From Saccostrea echinata (Eukaryota), in the NCBI RefSeq assembly GCF_033153115.1, contig NW_026889803.1, positions 15,314,001 through 15,378,000 on the forward strand: DNA of 64,000 bases, written 5' to 3'. Position numbers and translations under genes: made by a program. Positions 21,401 through 34,766 of the stretch are shown piece by piece (position 1 is the first letter of the stretch; each line of letters opens with the position of its first letter). The notes beneath the pieces were generated by a model that searched no databases, was not told the DNA's origin, and saw only the letters and a list, made by a program, of their open reading frames with translations.

Positions 21401-24288
21401 TATATTCATATAGGTAACCTGAATAATCTTTGCCTGGGTAAGTGTGAAAATTTTGTAAGATTTTGTAATAATTTTTTAAAAAGTATGCAAACTTTTGTGT
21501 AGAATTACATTGGAAACAGCACAAAATGGCATATATTTCAGCCCCAGAGAAAACTTACGATTTCTTTATATTTTAGGGATTTATTATGTCATTTCTAAAG
21601 TGAATTAAGTCATTTCTAAACATTATGGAAAGTGCAAATAAGACCGTGATGTGTAACACTACAATCAGGAAATGAGATAAAATGTTTCAAAACATGAATT
21701 CATTCATTAAATTTTTACAATTAATAAATATACATATAATTATAGGAAGATTATGAAATTTTGGGTTTTGGTGTGACAGAAAACATGGGAATCTTTGACC
21801 CTTGGCACGAAACCTGACAAATAAAATAGAATATTCTATAAAAAAGTAATCCTCAATGACAGTTAACAGAATTTTAATCATAGGTGCAAAAATGAATTTA
21901 TTATCTGCATTAAAATGATCTTTTTATGATTTATTTTATTCCAGCAATTTTTGCGCATGTCCTTTATTTCAAATACCTCTGTGCAAAGTCACAGTTTAGA
22001 TTTAATCTGAAAACTCGTTTGCAATTAGATAATGACATAAAATTTAATGAATCTGACATATAATAAAACTACTGTTTAGGAGGGCTTTATGCTTTATGCA
22101 CTAGATGACAATTTTTTTTATTTTTCAATGTTGAAAATATATATTCTCTATACTTTAAATAAAATACTTTATTCACAAAACACAGCGATCTAAGAGCTTT
22201 GTTTAATAATATTTTTTTTTAAATCAGAAATTTGTCCTGACATACAGGAAATTACATAAGTTTAGCAATCGTTTTTAATGCTAGGAATGATATAAGGGTA
22301 TCTTGATTTTCTCCACATTTAAATGAGCAATATGTACTAATTTTGTTTGTAGAAAATTTTCATTCCCTTTAGCGCTTTGAAAGTCTAGTTTTTTGATAAT
22401 TTACGATGACAATTTTTTTTTCCTTCCGATGAAGACAGGAAATAAAGACGTGTCAGTTAGCTGATAGAAGATATGATAGAAGATAGCTGTCATTTAGAGT
22501 TTCTACGTGAACTGGGAAGAGTTCATGTCCTCTAGGGTTGAGAGATGGTCACTTGCCCCCCCCCCCCCCCTTTTAAGTAACTCGGTTGCAGACTCACGCA
22601 TGCATAACTTGACCACAGACTCCCTTTCTCAAAATCATGAATGTGAAGTGCACTTAATATTCTTGGTTCGAAAAATAAAGTCGCCTGTTTTTAACTGCCT
22701 TCTGGGTTCTTTCGTTATCGAATATTTGTTCTAAATTTCTTGTTTTCCAAATTCAGCGAGCATGCATGTATGAATTTCTAGTCATATGTCCTCTGAGTTG
22801 TATAACGAATTAATTTAGTTTAATAGCGATTTTAGGACCATGAGAGAGAGAGAGAGAATTGTTTATTACAAAAAGAACTAAGAAAGGAAANNNNNNNNNN
22901 NNNNNNNNNNNNNNNNNNNNNNNNNNNNNNNNNNNNNNNNNNNNNNNNNNNNNNNNNNNNNNNNNNNNNNNNNNNNNNNNNNNNNNNNNNNNNNNNNNNN
23001 NNNNNNNNNNNNNNNNNNNNNNNNNNNNNNCAATTTTTGATAATCGGTTACTCGGACGTTTTTCCGATCGAGTACCCGGGTACTCGGTCAAAACGAAAAT
23101 ACAAGACAGTGTGTTAATCTTCTTGAGCCCGGTTAAGTTCTGTTAAATCCCAAACCTGTTTTATCACGTTTATAAATGTATATAAACAACTGAGTCAAAG
23201 GGAAATGATTTTTTGGTACCAAATTTATTTATCAAATAAAGACACGATTAATACATTAAAAAAAAAATAAAAACGGTTTACAGTTCTTGTTTATGACCTA
23301 TTTCATCAACGCAAAAAAAGAAGACAATCTGTTACGTAGTTTTGTGATGTTAGACAAACGAAAGAGAAGGAAAAGACGTTGTTGGGTGGGATCGCTAATC
23401 TAATATTATTTCATAATTTGGTTGTTTCCCACTAAACCTACTACGCAAATTGACTTTCAAATTTTTAAAAATCTTTAGTTATTTCTAAACATTTCTTCAC
23501 TTTTGAAGTGGGTAGCGGTATTTCTATGCAATTAAATAATTTAAAAACGATTTGAATATAATAGACCATACTTAAACGATGTTTACTGAAAACAATCATT
23601 GAAGCCATCCAAAAATTAAGGACCACAATATATATATATATAATATAACTTGAATAATAATACTAAATATGTTAACTTGGGAGGTTCGGGTAATAAAATA
23701 AGATGAATTTTATTGTTTGAATTTAAAGTTATCGCATATTTACGTGCATGACATTCCATTTAAACATGTTTAATTTTGAGTGAGTAATAGTATACATGTG
23801 CATAGTTAAATTAAACAAGGCTTGAATTCACTGTTTGATAAATTATTGTTTTTTAAATTAGAAATACTTAAAAACTCGGTTATGTCTTAATAAGTGTCCA
23901 AACGAACTTGCCTGGTAAGAATTTTGGAAATCTGAGAATTGTAATACTAGACTCAAATGGTATTCTAGAATACTTTATATTTTCTCTTGATTTACAAAAC
24001 TTTTGGTAAAAATCTCATAAAGTTCAGGACTATAAAAATTATATTAAAAAAACAACTGAAGCCAACTACTGTTCATTTTCCTAAAAAAAAGTTCTTTGTT
24101 TTGTTTACTTTTCAAATTGTATTTTACGAGGCACGAAAACCTTTTTGAAACATAGTGTGACTTTGCGGGGTACATTAAAATAATAATAATAAACAATAAA
24201 ACTTACCATACTGTTCGGCAAGCTTTGAATCATATTGACAGAGCATGCGCAACATGTAGGAGAGAAGAATGCACAAGTCACAATTCAT
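15476..24288 (-). CDS. Alpha-carbonic anhydrase with long low-complexity C-terminal extension (~942 aa, 8 exons), probably secreted or extracellular
   Basis: Exons 24288-24207 (tentative first exon), 21050-20940 (..KWSYGGST), 19881-19696 (GPDHWP..C.GRRQSPI..NNGHT), 19543-19398 (EIHFHWG..GSEH), 19313-19221 (VHIVHYN), 19096-19030, 18920-18763 (YAGSLTTPPCYESVSW), 17461-15476 (NFRPCQPLYGRRV then tail); all junctions GT-AG and in phase; three Zn-binding His present. Confidence 0.92.
18558..18719 (+). mobile_element. 162-bp non-autonomous Helitron
   Basis: A|TCTACT 5' end; hairpin CCCGCGCttGCGCGGG about 10 nt before the CTAG|T 3' end; no TSD. Confidence 0.75.
20499..20585 (+). pseudogene. Degenerate tRNA-derived sequence (SINE head-like)
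   Basis: A box TAGCGTAGTGG 20507-20517, B box GGTTCGAATCC 20569-20579; no cloverleaf, internal T5. Confidence 0.5.
22891..23030. other. Assembly gap (N run)
   Basis: 140 Ns in the presumed first intron of the carbonic anhydrase gene. Confidence 0.95.
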
Positions 24289-25182
24289 CGTGAGTGGATC
24301 AGTTCTACCCCTGTTTGGAAATGAAAAAAAAAGTTTCACAAGTAAATGGAGTATTACCCCGTCCGGTTTAAGTTCTGTCCCTTTTTCAAATGCTTTGCCG
24401 CCTGTCGACCATATTCTCATATATCCTACACGGTTGCTAATTTACATAGACCTGAGGGCAATTTATGCATAAAAATCATGGACTTTTCAGTAAATGTTGA
24501 CGTGAGATGCAGACAATAACTTTCAAATTAAATATAACTGACAGGAGCCTCTTGAAATAAGACAAAATGACAAAAAATTACACAGAGAAACAATAAGTGA
24601 CGCTAATTTACACAACTGAATACAATAATGAAGGAAATTAAAAATAGCGTGCGATTATCCATTTTAAATTAGAATTTATATTGATAGATACACTAGTTTG
24701 TAGTTTTATATGCAATATCTTAATCAACCACGCAATGACGCTCATCAAATTAGAATAAACATGGAATTGATTTGTTTTACAACCACACACCTAGATGTAC
24801 TTATTCAGATTTTATAAGTTAATTGAAAAAAAATTTAAAAAATGAATTTTCTTATAGTTTATCAAGAAAGTCATAGACTTTTGAATAAAATTACTGAAAT
24901 TCATGACATATAAAGATTTATCCATTTATTGTACATATCGGTACTCGCTGCTCAGGGTTATCTTTTTTTTTCCAATGAGGGTTTTCTAAAATTGATTACT
25001 TCTCAATGAAGCAAAATATTACAACACAATTTGGCACCTGAAATGATGTAACAATACTAAATTTGATCGTTTAAATTTTTTTTTATTTAAGCGCCATTTA
25101 ATACACATACAAATGTATTATTAAAGACATTATAAAGTATATTGTTAGCGATTTTTTTTTCCATTTTGACCGTACTCCTGGA

Positions 25183-25184
<2 letters not shown>

Positions 25185-25249
<65 letters not shown>
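25185..25249. repeat. (TA)n microsatellite
   Basis: ~32 TA units. Confidence 0.95.
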
Positions 25250-25251
<2 letters not shown>

Positions 25252-28200
25252 TGACATATTTAATTTTTTTTATTCAAATTACTTGAATTTATACTTGACG
25301 TTGAATAAAAAAGTAATGACAAAAGTCAATTATTTGAAGATAGGTACAATTATTTGAAGATAGGTTCAAATATTTGATATATTTTAATATGGCGTTCCAT
25401 ATGTCTGTGTTAAGTTCGGACGGGTTTGAATTCCGCATCGACTACAAGGCGAAAGGGGCGAAAATAAAACCCTGTACAGAGTATGTTCAGCTTCGTTATT
25501 TGGCTCTCCATCATGTAAAAGACGAAATGATAATTGTTTTGCATTTTGTCAAATTGTACACCAGTTTATATTTCGAATTGCAAATGAAAATCATTGAAAC
25601 CATTACATAAATATATTTATAACATGAGTCATGCAGAAATATCAAAATAGATTTCAATATCGCTAATATGTTTTTATAGTCAGTTATAATTAAGCTAAAC
25701 AATCTTATGTATCTTGTCACTAGATATGTATGTTTGTGTTTGATCTTTTGTGGCACATTTAATTTTCAAAGAGAAAAACCTATCATTTGTGATGGACTAT
25801 TCAAATTTTCTATAAAAAGGGAAAAATTCGAACACATGCATGCATCATCAAGATTAAATTAAAACAATCAATGTACAGAAATATCTTCATTTGAAAGTGA
25901 AATTGCCTATTTAGTGAGATGAGTCAAACATACGTATACTCATTGAAAGATATCACCAGAAATTAACTTTAAAATACTTGTGTCTCTGTTCATTAACATG
26001 CCTTTTCTTTGCTCTAGAATTCGTTCCACATAACAGGAGAAAAAAGGTGTAAATATAATATGTTGTACTGATTTAGAATAGTTAAGGATATCCGCTCCTC
26101 AGCCAGGAAGGATAACTCTTAAATTCTTATTTAATTAAAAAAAGGATCAAAATTAAGCTTGAAATTCAAATCTTCGTGCAACAATTTTCATTTCATGCAT
26201 CTCAATATGATTGAAGGTTCTTTGAAGTCTAAGAAACTGTATTGTAAAACTATATAAAAAAATTCTTCATAATTATCTATTTTTTATAATGTGTTATTGT
26301 TTTAAGAACCTATGAAATTTTACTTGTATTTTATAATTTCTTAAGATTTCAAGTGTCAACATACAATTTTACTTGTATGTTATAATTTCTTTAGATGTCA
26401 TGTGTCAACTCATGTTCTATGTGCCATTTCCTGAATATACAAACAAACAAGCAAAAAGTTGACATTTTACCCCCATAAAAGTACAAAAGTAAATACATCT
26501 TTAGAGAAATCAAATTTTCTTTAATCTAGCCTTAGATATACCAATGCTTATTATCCATAATATGAAATTAGAAGTGATCTGTGATGTTTTCCCATGATAG
26601 CACAAACTTTTTACACTATGTGTTGTAAAATAACATCGTCTGTTAACATGGCAACAAGGACAAAAAGCACAACTGAATTTTGATTGATTTACGTTTATGT
26701 TGTCAACTATAGTAATGAGCAAAGTTTTATCAAAATCGGTGACCAAGCCCCCCCCCCCCCCCAAAAAAAAAAAATTTAAGTGGTTATAGAGAATTGCGCT
26801 TTAAATCTGCATGAGAGACATAAATGTGGTATGCCTCCGCTGAAAGGTCCTTTACATCGTATACCCAGGCGCGGATCCAGGATTTTTTTCCGGGGGGGGG
26901 GGGGTTCACCCCAATCAAAAAAATCCCAACCCAGAAAATTTCTTGACAAGCATAAAAAAAAGAAAGAAAGAAAGAAAAGGTAAAGTCCATTCCCAACCAT
27001 GCAAAAAAGCCTATATGATGGGGACCACGTTTTCTAGGGGGTGGTGGTCCAAAGTCATTTTTTATTTGCTTCAGAATATACATATTATAACTCTGCAAAT
27101 TCTAAGGGGGTGTCTGGACCCCCTCTAGATTCGTGCATGATACCCGATCTTCTGCTGACAGTAGCACATATTCATAAAAAAATGTTTACAAGTTGAGGAT
27201 ATGTCTTAGCACTCAACCATTGGCAAGAATCACAGGCGTGGTGGAGGGGGGGGGGGTAGGAGGATGAGAAGTATAAATTATCTGTTTTTGCAATTCTGTA
27301 AATAAAGGGACAATAGTACAGTGTCTGAGAGTATGAACTGTTTTTTCCTGTCTGCAACCTTACATAGCACATTTAATCAAATGATCTAGTTGTACCATAA
27401 GTAACTCAGTTGCACCTGAGTGTAAAAACGTGTGTACAAGTCTCTGCTATATTACAGTGTAAAAATTTGCAAGCACACAGGTATATGTATAATTAATTAT
27501 GTGCATGTTGTAGTTCTAAGTACATGTATAATAATTGTATGATCGGTTGATGAACATATGCATATCTAATCCAATTCTGCTTTATGGGGAAATCTGAATT
27601 TACGAGTACTAGATGCCCAGAAACAGCTATTGCGTGTTCTATTTTTGCTTGATTTGTCAAGTGGTGAATCCCAAAGTCAGGTGGAAATAGACAATGTGGT
27701 GACATTTGGCACATAAATCCCCAAAATAATATGTGAACGTCCTGTATCAATATGAGGCTTCCTAGATGGTGACAGCGAATTTTAACGCAGAACGATTTTT
27801 TTAGAAGCAAGAATTTGGCCGTAAAAAGACGCAAGAATTTTGACGTAAAAGAGAATTTTTTTTCTCTCTCTCGCAGCGAAGTATATTTCAGAGGTGGATT
27901 TTGATTTAAAAAAGAAAAAAACACAAGTATAAAAAGTTTAAACAAAATGACTTGACTATGCATGATGAGCATAAAGGCTATAGCCAGGATTTCCGCAATT
28001 CTGTCCGCTTGAAAAGCAAACTTTCAAATTTTAATTGAATAACTATTTAGGTCCGTAATCCATATGATATGTCGTACTTAATGATATCAGTAAATTCGAA
28101 TTCCAACAAAATGACTGTGTTTAAGCTTAATCAATAAGTACTCCATCTTGAAATCTTAAATGCAAAATGAGTTCATTTTGTCAATGACACATACCAACCA

Positions 28201-28820
28201 TACTATCTGATTAACAATACAAGAACGTGAATGTCTTTTATCTTTTTGAATGACATACAGTAGATGATAAACACTGTGCACACATTGTTTAAAATGCATT
28301 TTTCAGGAAGTAATGAATAAAGTATAAGGGAATCCCCATTTTGGCCATTATCATTTTTGCTCCAAATATGTAAAGATTTGGACATTCTGTCGCATATTTA
28401 AATTTCATATTCTAATTGACGACAATAGAGAATTTCAATCACAGTGCACAGAAACAAAAGGAAGGAAATTTTAACTGTCACTAATTCATATCTATTATTT
28501 AAAGAATTGCTATTTTATTTTTATGGGTTTATGGCTATTTACCTCAAGCAACAGGTGCTCCCTATGCACACAGGAAAATGACTCTTATTTATTCCAAGAA
28601 AATAAATTCTTTAAATCGTAACACCACGTAACTCAAAAGCATTTGTTATAACACGGAAAGAGATCAATGATTTAAACACCGAAAATTACTGAATACTATA
28701 TCATTAATCATCTTTGAAAACCAAGGTTTTTTTTCGGGCCGCTACGCTTCCTAGAAATCCTTGGCAGATTATGCGCGGACCGAAAACCGTCGGCTTGCAA
28801 AAATTAACTTGAGACTTTAA

Positions 28821-29191
28821 GGATCCTCTATACACTGATGACTTTTTTTTTTACTTTGAGAAAATTATTTAGCGTAAAAGAGTACATATTAAAATCATCT
28901 AATTTGTATTTAACATAGGGTGCCTGCCTTTTTTTAACCAGGAAAAATCTTCATAGACGACGGAGTGCTGATAAAGAAAAATAGCATTTGCTTACTCAAA
29001 TGAGGAAAATACATGCAAATAAAGTTTTCAGTTACTCCATTTTGGTCTAATAAATTGCTTAGAATACTTAAATTACTTACAATTTATATAATACAGTGGA
29101 AATTGCAATTTATTCTATTTTAGATCAAATGTTGGGTCAGTCTAACTACACAAAAGTACCTAGAAATTAGTGTGCAGTGTAGAGAGGGTCC
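28821..29191. mobile_element. TTAA-targeting MITE (Kolobok-like)
   Basis: TTAA|GGATCCTCTATACACTG ... CAGTGTAGAGAGGGTCC|TTAA. Confidence 0.75.
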
Positions 29192-29195
29192 TTAA

Positions 29196-30127
29196 GGACG
29201 TTCGATCCTCAGCTTTTGAGCAGATTTTGGTCTGGAGCTTTATTTCTAAAATTCTGCATTATTTTTAAGTTCTAACATTAAATCTGGATTCTACAATGCA
29301 AATTATACTATATCCAATGAAAAAACGCGATTAAATTCCATTCAAATAGGATTAAGCCAGGAACTATATTTTGTGGCGGAAGATTTTTTAGAAGAAAATG
29401 ATCATTTTTTCCCTTTTGAAATATATACAGTAGTGTTAAGTTTAGATTCCTATTTTTCCATGCTGGTTGCACACAGAGCTATTTTGTGCATTGAAATGTT
29501 TAATGCTGGTTCTAAAATATTAATTAAATCAGTTTTTGTGAATTCTATCATCATATTGTGACAAATATAGAAAATATATTCTGAAACTCCTGGAAAAAAT
29601 TGAGCCAATTTTATCATAAAATTAAAAGTTTTTTAGTAATATCTAAAAATAATATCATAGACCTCCACTTTTGATTTTCTTTTCTGAATATATAAGATAA
29701 CTCTGATCAATCTACTTAAATTCAGCAAAAGTTTAAGACTTTAAAATATTTTCCTTGCTTGTTCAATTTTTAATGCCCGAAAAATGACATTTTGTGAGTG
29801 CAGAAAGGTCAAATAATTGATTATGCGAAGCAATTTGAAAATTTTTCTTTGTCACAATTTTAATGTCTTTTTAAAGAGAGAATAATAGCATACTTTGTCC
29901 CATGATTTATTTGGATAAAAAATATTGGAGGGAAAACGTCGAAGATGTTATTTTTGATTAAGACACAAATTCAGTGCAAAAAGGTCATTTTAAATGTACT
30001 GTAGCGCCAAAAGAAGCATATTGACCCCCATTTTTTGTTTTGATTTTTAATTAAGCTGTGTGTGTAGAAGCTAAAAATATACTTGACAAAAAAAGTTTAA
30101 GACTTTAAATATCAGGATCCAACGTCG
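29196..30127. mobile_element. TTAA-targeting non-autonomous DNA transposon (Kolobok-like)
   Basis: TTAA|GGACGTTCGATCCT ... AGGATCCAACGTCG|TTAA; shares its left TTAA with the preceding element. Confidence 0.7.
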
Positions 30128-32610
30128 TTAAGGATATTAGTGTACAGCTTTTCTTTTAGGCGGATGAATTCAATGATTTTGATTAACAGTTATTGTGGTT
30201 GATACCAGTTAAAATTTTGAAATGTGATTAATTTCGATATATTTTTGAGAAACCTGTTCTAGCGCATTTTACATTCAAATAAAAAAACCCATTTTGACTA
30301 ACTACTAGTATATTTACTGTATATTATTATTTATATTGAATACACTGTACTTATACTGGTATCTTTCATATTGCAGTAAAAGAAAAGAATGTTTGATAAA
30401 TAAATCCTTAATATTTTCAATATCTATCGGATGAAAATAATTCCTTACAAGTAGAAGCTCTACCATTCCATGATTTTTAAAAAAAAAAAAATATATCAGT
30501 TGTATATTTTTTTTTTAAAAAAAGAAGGATTGCACAGCAGTAAGAAAGGGAAAGATAAGAAAAGGAGGAGGCTTTAACATAAATAATCTAACTCATTTTA
30601 TCAAAGAAAAAATATTTTATACATACTTTTGATCTTTAAAAGAGAACACATTTCATCCAACCGAATCATTCCTGGAAACAAATTAGTGGCCAAGCTAGAC
30701 CATTTTATTGGAAAAAACGATGACGACAGCATATCAATGAGAGGGAGTGAGTCGTCAATAGGGCAATCGCTGGTCGCATAACTTTTTGTTCCACATAACA
30801 CTGTGTCGTGTGGGGATACGAGAGAAATCATGCCTTGTTTGCAGAATAATGCATGACTCTTCAGTTGATGACTTTAGTTTATGCAGAGACTAGGCGAGAC
30901 ATATTTTTGCTCGTGTTGGTCTGCATGACGTAAAATTTACATGTAAGCTAAAATTGTAGTAATACCCTGACCAGTCATTGTGGTTGGGTCCAGAAAATGG
31001 GTGAAAAGGACAGCTGCCTACACTTGGACCGAGGGTTTTTAAAACATAAAAAGGCAAAGTTGAAAAAGATCCATTAAATAAAAGTCTTGTACGATTAAAT
31101 CATCAACGGGTTGTTGGTCAGATTTTGTGGATATACTTTTAAAAAATCCCGTAGATCATTAACTGGTAATCATTATACATGTATTCTTTCCATGCGCTGA
31201 TCCACGATTTTTTTTTTATTTTTGGAAAGGGAAAGGGGGGGGGGGGGGTCCACACGAACTCAAACTAATTTCGGAATCAAAAATTTTCTGATAAGGAAAA
31301 AAAAATCAACTTGCCCAAACCTGAAAAAAACCTATTTTGTGTGGATGAGGTTTTTTTTTGGGGGGGGGGGGGGGCTTAGGAAGACAAGACTTTCTCTTTC
31401 TAAATTATTCGGCTTACCATTCATTCTTGACATTCTTGTAAAAATCTCTTTTGGTGTTTGTATATGAAAGAGGAGAGTTGAGTAGAAAATTTAATGTGAA
31501 TTTGACATCAATATGAGGATAACTATACATGCAGTCCATCTTGGGGAAAAAGAAAAAAAAGAAAGCTAGTTAACATAAAATATAAGAACTAAAGAAAATA
31601 ACAATGTTCCCATCCCTGTTTGTGGAGTCAAAAACCAATATTATACAGAATTAGAATCGGAACAAAACTGTAAGAGGAGTAGCGTTCAGAAAGGATTTCG
31701 CAGAAATTTCTATTTTTAGTAACCGTGGCATGATGTATCTTGGTATAGTGTTCTTGTGCACCAAGTTCTATTTAAATCTGACCAGCTATAGGAGGAGTAG
31801 CGAAATTTGTTTAAACAGACACCTTACCAACTCCTCTGATCTTTAATCAGTAGAGGTAAAAATATCCAAGTTACTAGGTTTGCATCAAAATGGTCATTTA
31901 AGGAGGCTCTAAAAGGTATTAGAGAACAATCACTATTGATTACTTACATTTATTAGATAGAATATACTGGCAAAAAAAGGTATTCAATACCTCATCTTGT
32001 ATAATGTAAAGACCGAATAGTTTAATCTATTTTACATTTCATTATTCACTGTAGATTCCCATATAGTCTACCTTACTTCTTAGGGGAGATCACTCTTACA
32101 ACATAAAACTTCCAGGGAATTAGAAATCTGTGTGTGTTTCTAATATTAAATATGTTGACCTTTGACCATGATCTGAAAAACTATAAACCTGCGTCTTGAA
32201 GACACTGTCTTCCTCTAATCACCCCCAATCTATGTGATAAATATGAACACTTTAGGCTGAAAGGTACAGTATTCATGTTATCCAACAGTCAGTTTGTTCA
32301 GCTTCAGTTTGTAGTGTAGTAAACAGTCCCCAAAATATATTTTGGAGTCATTTGGTCCTAACATGCAAGGCACTCATGTTATCCTAAAATAAATTGTTTG
32401 TTCAGCTCAAGGTGACTATGCAACAAACTGAGGCTTGAAAAACAGCTTTCATCAGATTGGTAAAAATTTGCACCTTTTCTCTGGGCCCACCATAGATAAA
32501 AAACATCTCAATAATAGGGGTACCTAGCATGAGTGTATAAAGAAAGCAACAAAACCATACAAATATTTATTAAGTAATCTATACATAAAAATTTTCATAA
32601 GTCTGCTACC

Positions 32611-34581
32611 TCATCCAAAAGCATGCCACCAGTTGAACATTACTGAAGAGTTTTTCATTCTGAAAAGTAATAAAAATGATTTTTTTAAACTGATTACAAT
32701 TACAGTTACACATTTAACACTCAAGGAGCGGATTACAATATCCTCAGGTTACCTGGTTGTTTTAGAGATTAATTACTTCAACTGAGTGACATCATTTATT
32801 GCTTTTCCAAATACATTCAAACCTGGTTATCTTGAATTGAATGGAAAAAAAGTTTGAGATATCCAAGGATTTGAGATAACAAAGGTAAAATACTTAAAGA
32901 AAAAGTGTTTCGGACTTCCAAATCACTCCGAGATATCAGTGCTTGAGATACGGAAGTTCACCTGTAAATGCGACAAGGGAAGGATTTTTGCAGGAAGCAT
33001 GCATTTACTTTTATGAGGTTTGCAGTTATTTACTTCTTTGAGTTCTTCATAATAAAACAAATCTAAATCTTATACCTGGTACATGCTTTGCATATTATTT
33101 TTTCATTAATGTTCACAATGGACTGTTTTCTCTACTTGTCTTGAATTATGGAAATTTGCTTGATCAATATGCGGACTCAAATTCCCTCTGTTCTTATATG
33201 TTAGTCTTTAGAACTAACTTGCTATAGGACTGTAAACCAGATTATATAACTTCAGTGTACTGAAGCTGTAAACAATTTACCTAATATATTTATCAGGACT
33301 TGTTAATCTTCGATAAATTCTTCTTGCCAAGTATGCACTCTCAAGAAAACAGCCTGTCCATACTCCAAGCCAAATCAAGTCTCTCTTTTGGAGTTGTCTT
33401 TCAAAATCAACTGGTTTATCTGCTCTTTGTCGTGGACGAAGCACTCCATCTGTAAATTCAAGGTTTCAAGGAGTGTTCAGAAACTTGGGAATTTTATTTC
33501 TATTATAAAGTCAATCTGACAGAAATTCTATATTATTTCCTCTCACTGTTTAGACTATATGTTTACAGTTGCATCTTAGGATAACAATCGGTTCAAAGTG
33601 ATATACATGGGCGTAATACCTTTATATCTGTGAATACCAGTATTTAATTTTTTTTTATCTGTCAAATATCTCTGAATATGAGTAAATTATGATATGAAAT
33701 ATTCTTTGTGACAATCAGTTTAATCTCTTTAAATGATTCACTGAAAGTGTGTGTCTATAACCACAGATGTGGAATTTTTATAAGAAAATCAAAATGGTAT
33801 ATTCTTCAAGTACTTGTTGAATGAGAATGTAGAACTGTCAACATTAGATACATAGATACAGCTGATTTTGTACTTCTGATAACTTACCTGGTCTTCTTAC
33901 TTTTGATGCAATATTTCTTGATGTTGTTTGACTTAACTGGTTTTTCAGAAGGCCAAATAGTCTGCAATGTAAGAACTTCATTGTTAAAGAAATTATTAAC
34001 ACACCAGTAATTTTGTTCTGCTGAATCTAGTCTCTGTTGATATTGATGTTGATTGATCAAATTTTAATTGCTAATAAACCTGTACTTAAAAAAAAGTAAA
34101 GGAGGAGAATGGCTTAAATAATTCCCAATTAGCTTTTACATTCTCTTTTGTCGTTTTCGTCTGTTATCCTAAGATGTTTCGCCATGAAGTCGACAAGCAA
34201 ATCACAGGAGTTCGCAATTTTATCAATAAAGTCAATAAAAATCACTCGATTGACCAAGCCATGAGCTATGCGTTAGCATAGCGAACTGTTCGCTATGCTA
34301 ACGCATAGCTCATGGCTTGGTCAATCGAGTGATTTTTATTGACTTTATTGATAAAATTGCGAACTCCTGTGAACAAATTGAGTTAAGTATGCAATTCGAG
34401 GAAATTCGAGTTAACTGAAGGGCATTATGCTTTGCTTCGTATTACTGAGGTTAAAGTGGTCTTTATGCAAAGTGTAAATTTCAGTGTCAATATCTGAAAT
34501 ATACGTTATTATATTTTATGCAATAAATGATACACGGAAATAGAGGAAAAAGACTAAAAAATACCTTGTCCTCGAATTCAT
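32611..34581 (-). CDS. Small single-TM protein, 102 aa, 4 exons, presequence-like N-terminus; weak NDUFA4/B12D-like resemblance
   Basis: Exons 34581-34565, 33961-33888, 33449-33281, 32659-32611, all GT-AG with phases 2,1,2; MNSRTRLFGLLKNQLSQTTSRNIASKVRRPDGVLRPRQRADKPVDFERQLQKRDLIWLGVWTGCFLESAYLARRIYRRLTSPDKYIRMKNSSVMFNWWHAFG*; AATAAA ~40 nt after the stop (32571-32566). Confidence 0.75.
32814..32964. mobile_element. Tc1/mariner-type MITE (TA TSD), same family as 11836
   Basis: TA|CATTCAAACCTGGTTATCT ... GAGATACGGAAGTTCACCTG|TA. Confidence 0.65.
34202..34372. repeat. Perfect palindrome, 85-bp arms with a 1-nt spacer
   Basis: TCACAGGAGTTCGCAATT...GCGAAC t GTTCGC...AATTGCGAACTCCTGTGA centred on 34287. 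Confidence 0.95.
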
Positions 34582-34766
34582 TTTTTCCCAACAGGCCAGG
34601 GGAACTAGCCCTGGAGGAGAACCAGTTAAAATGAAATCAATCGTACCTGGTGTCATTCGACATGAAAAAATGTTCTTAAGCATTGGTTTATTTGTCCATA
34701 AAACAAATACACTCGCTGACATCAGTTCATTTTCTCTACTTAAATCGATTATTATCCTATCCATAA

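Noticed and set aside
27493-27972. 159-aa ORF on the minus strand
   Set aside because: No recognisable domain, low-complexity start, no convincing splice context
34135-34185. Alternative ATG exon (ATGGCGAAACAT...GAAT|GTAAAA, minus) for the small gene
   Set aside because: Phase 1 does not match exon 2 and gives an immediate stop; it could still be non-coding
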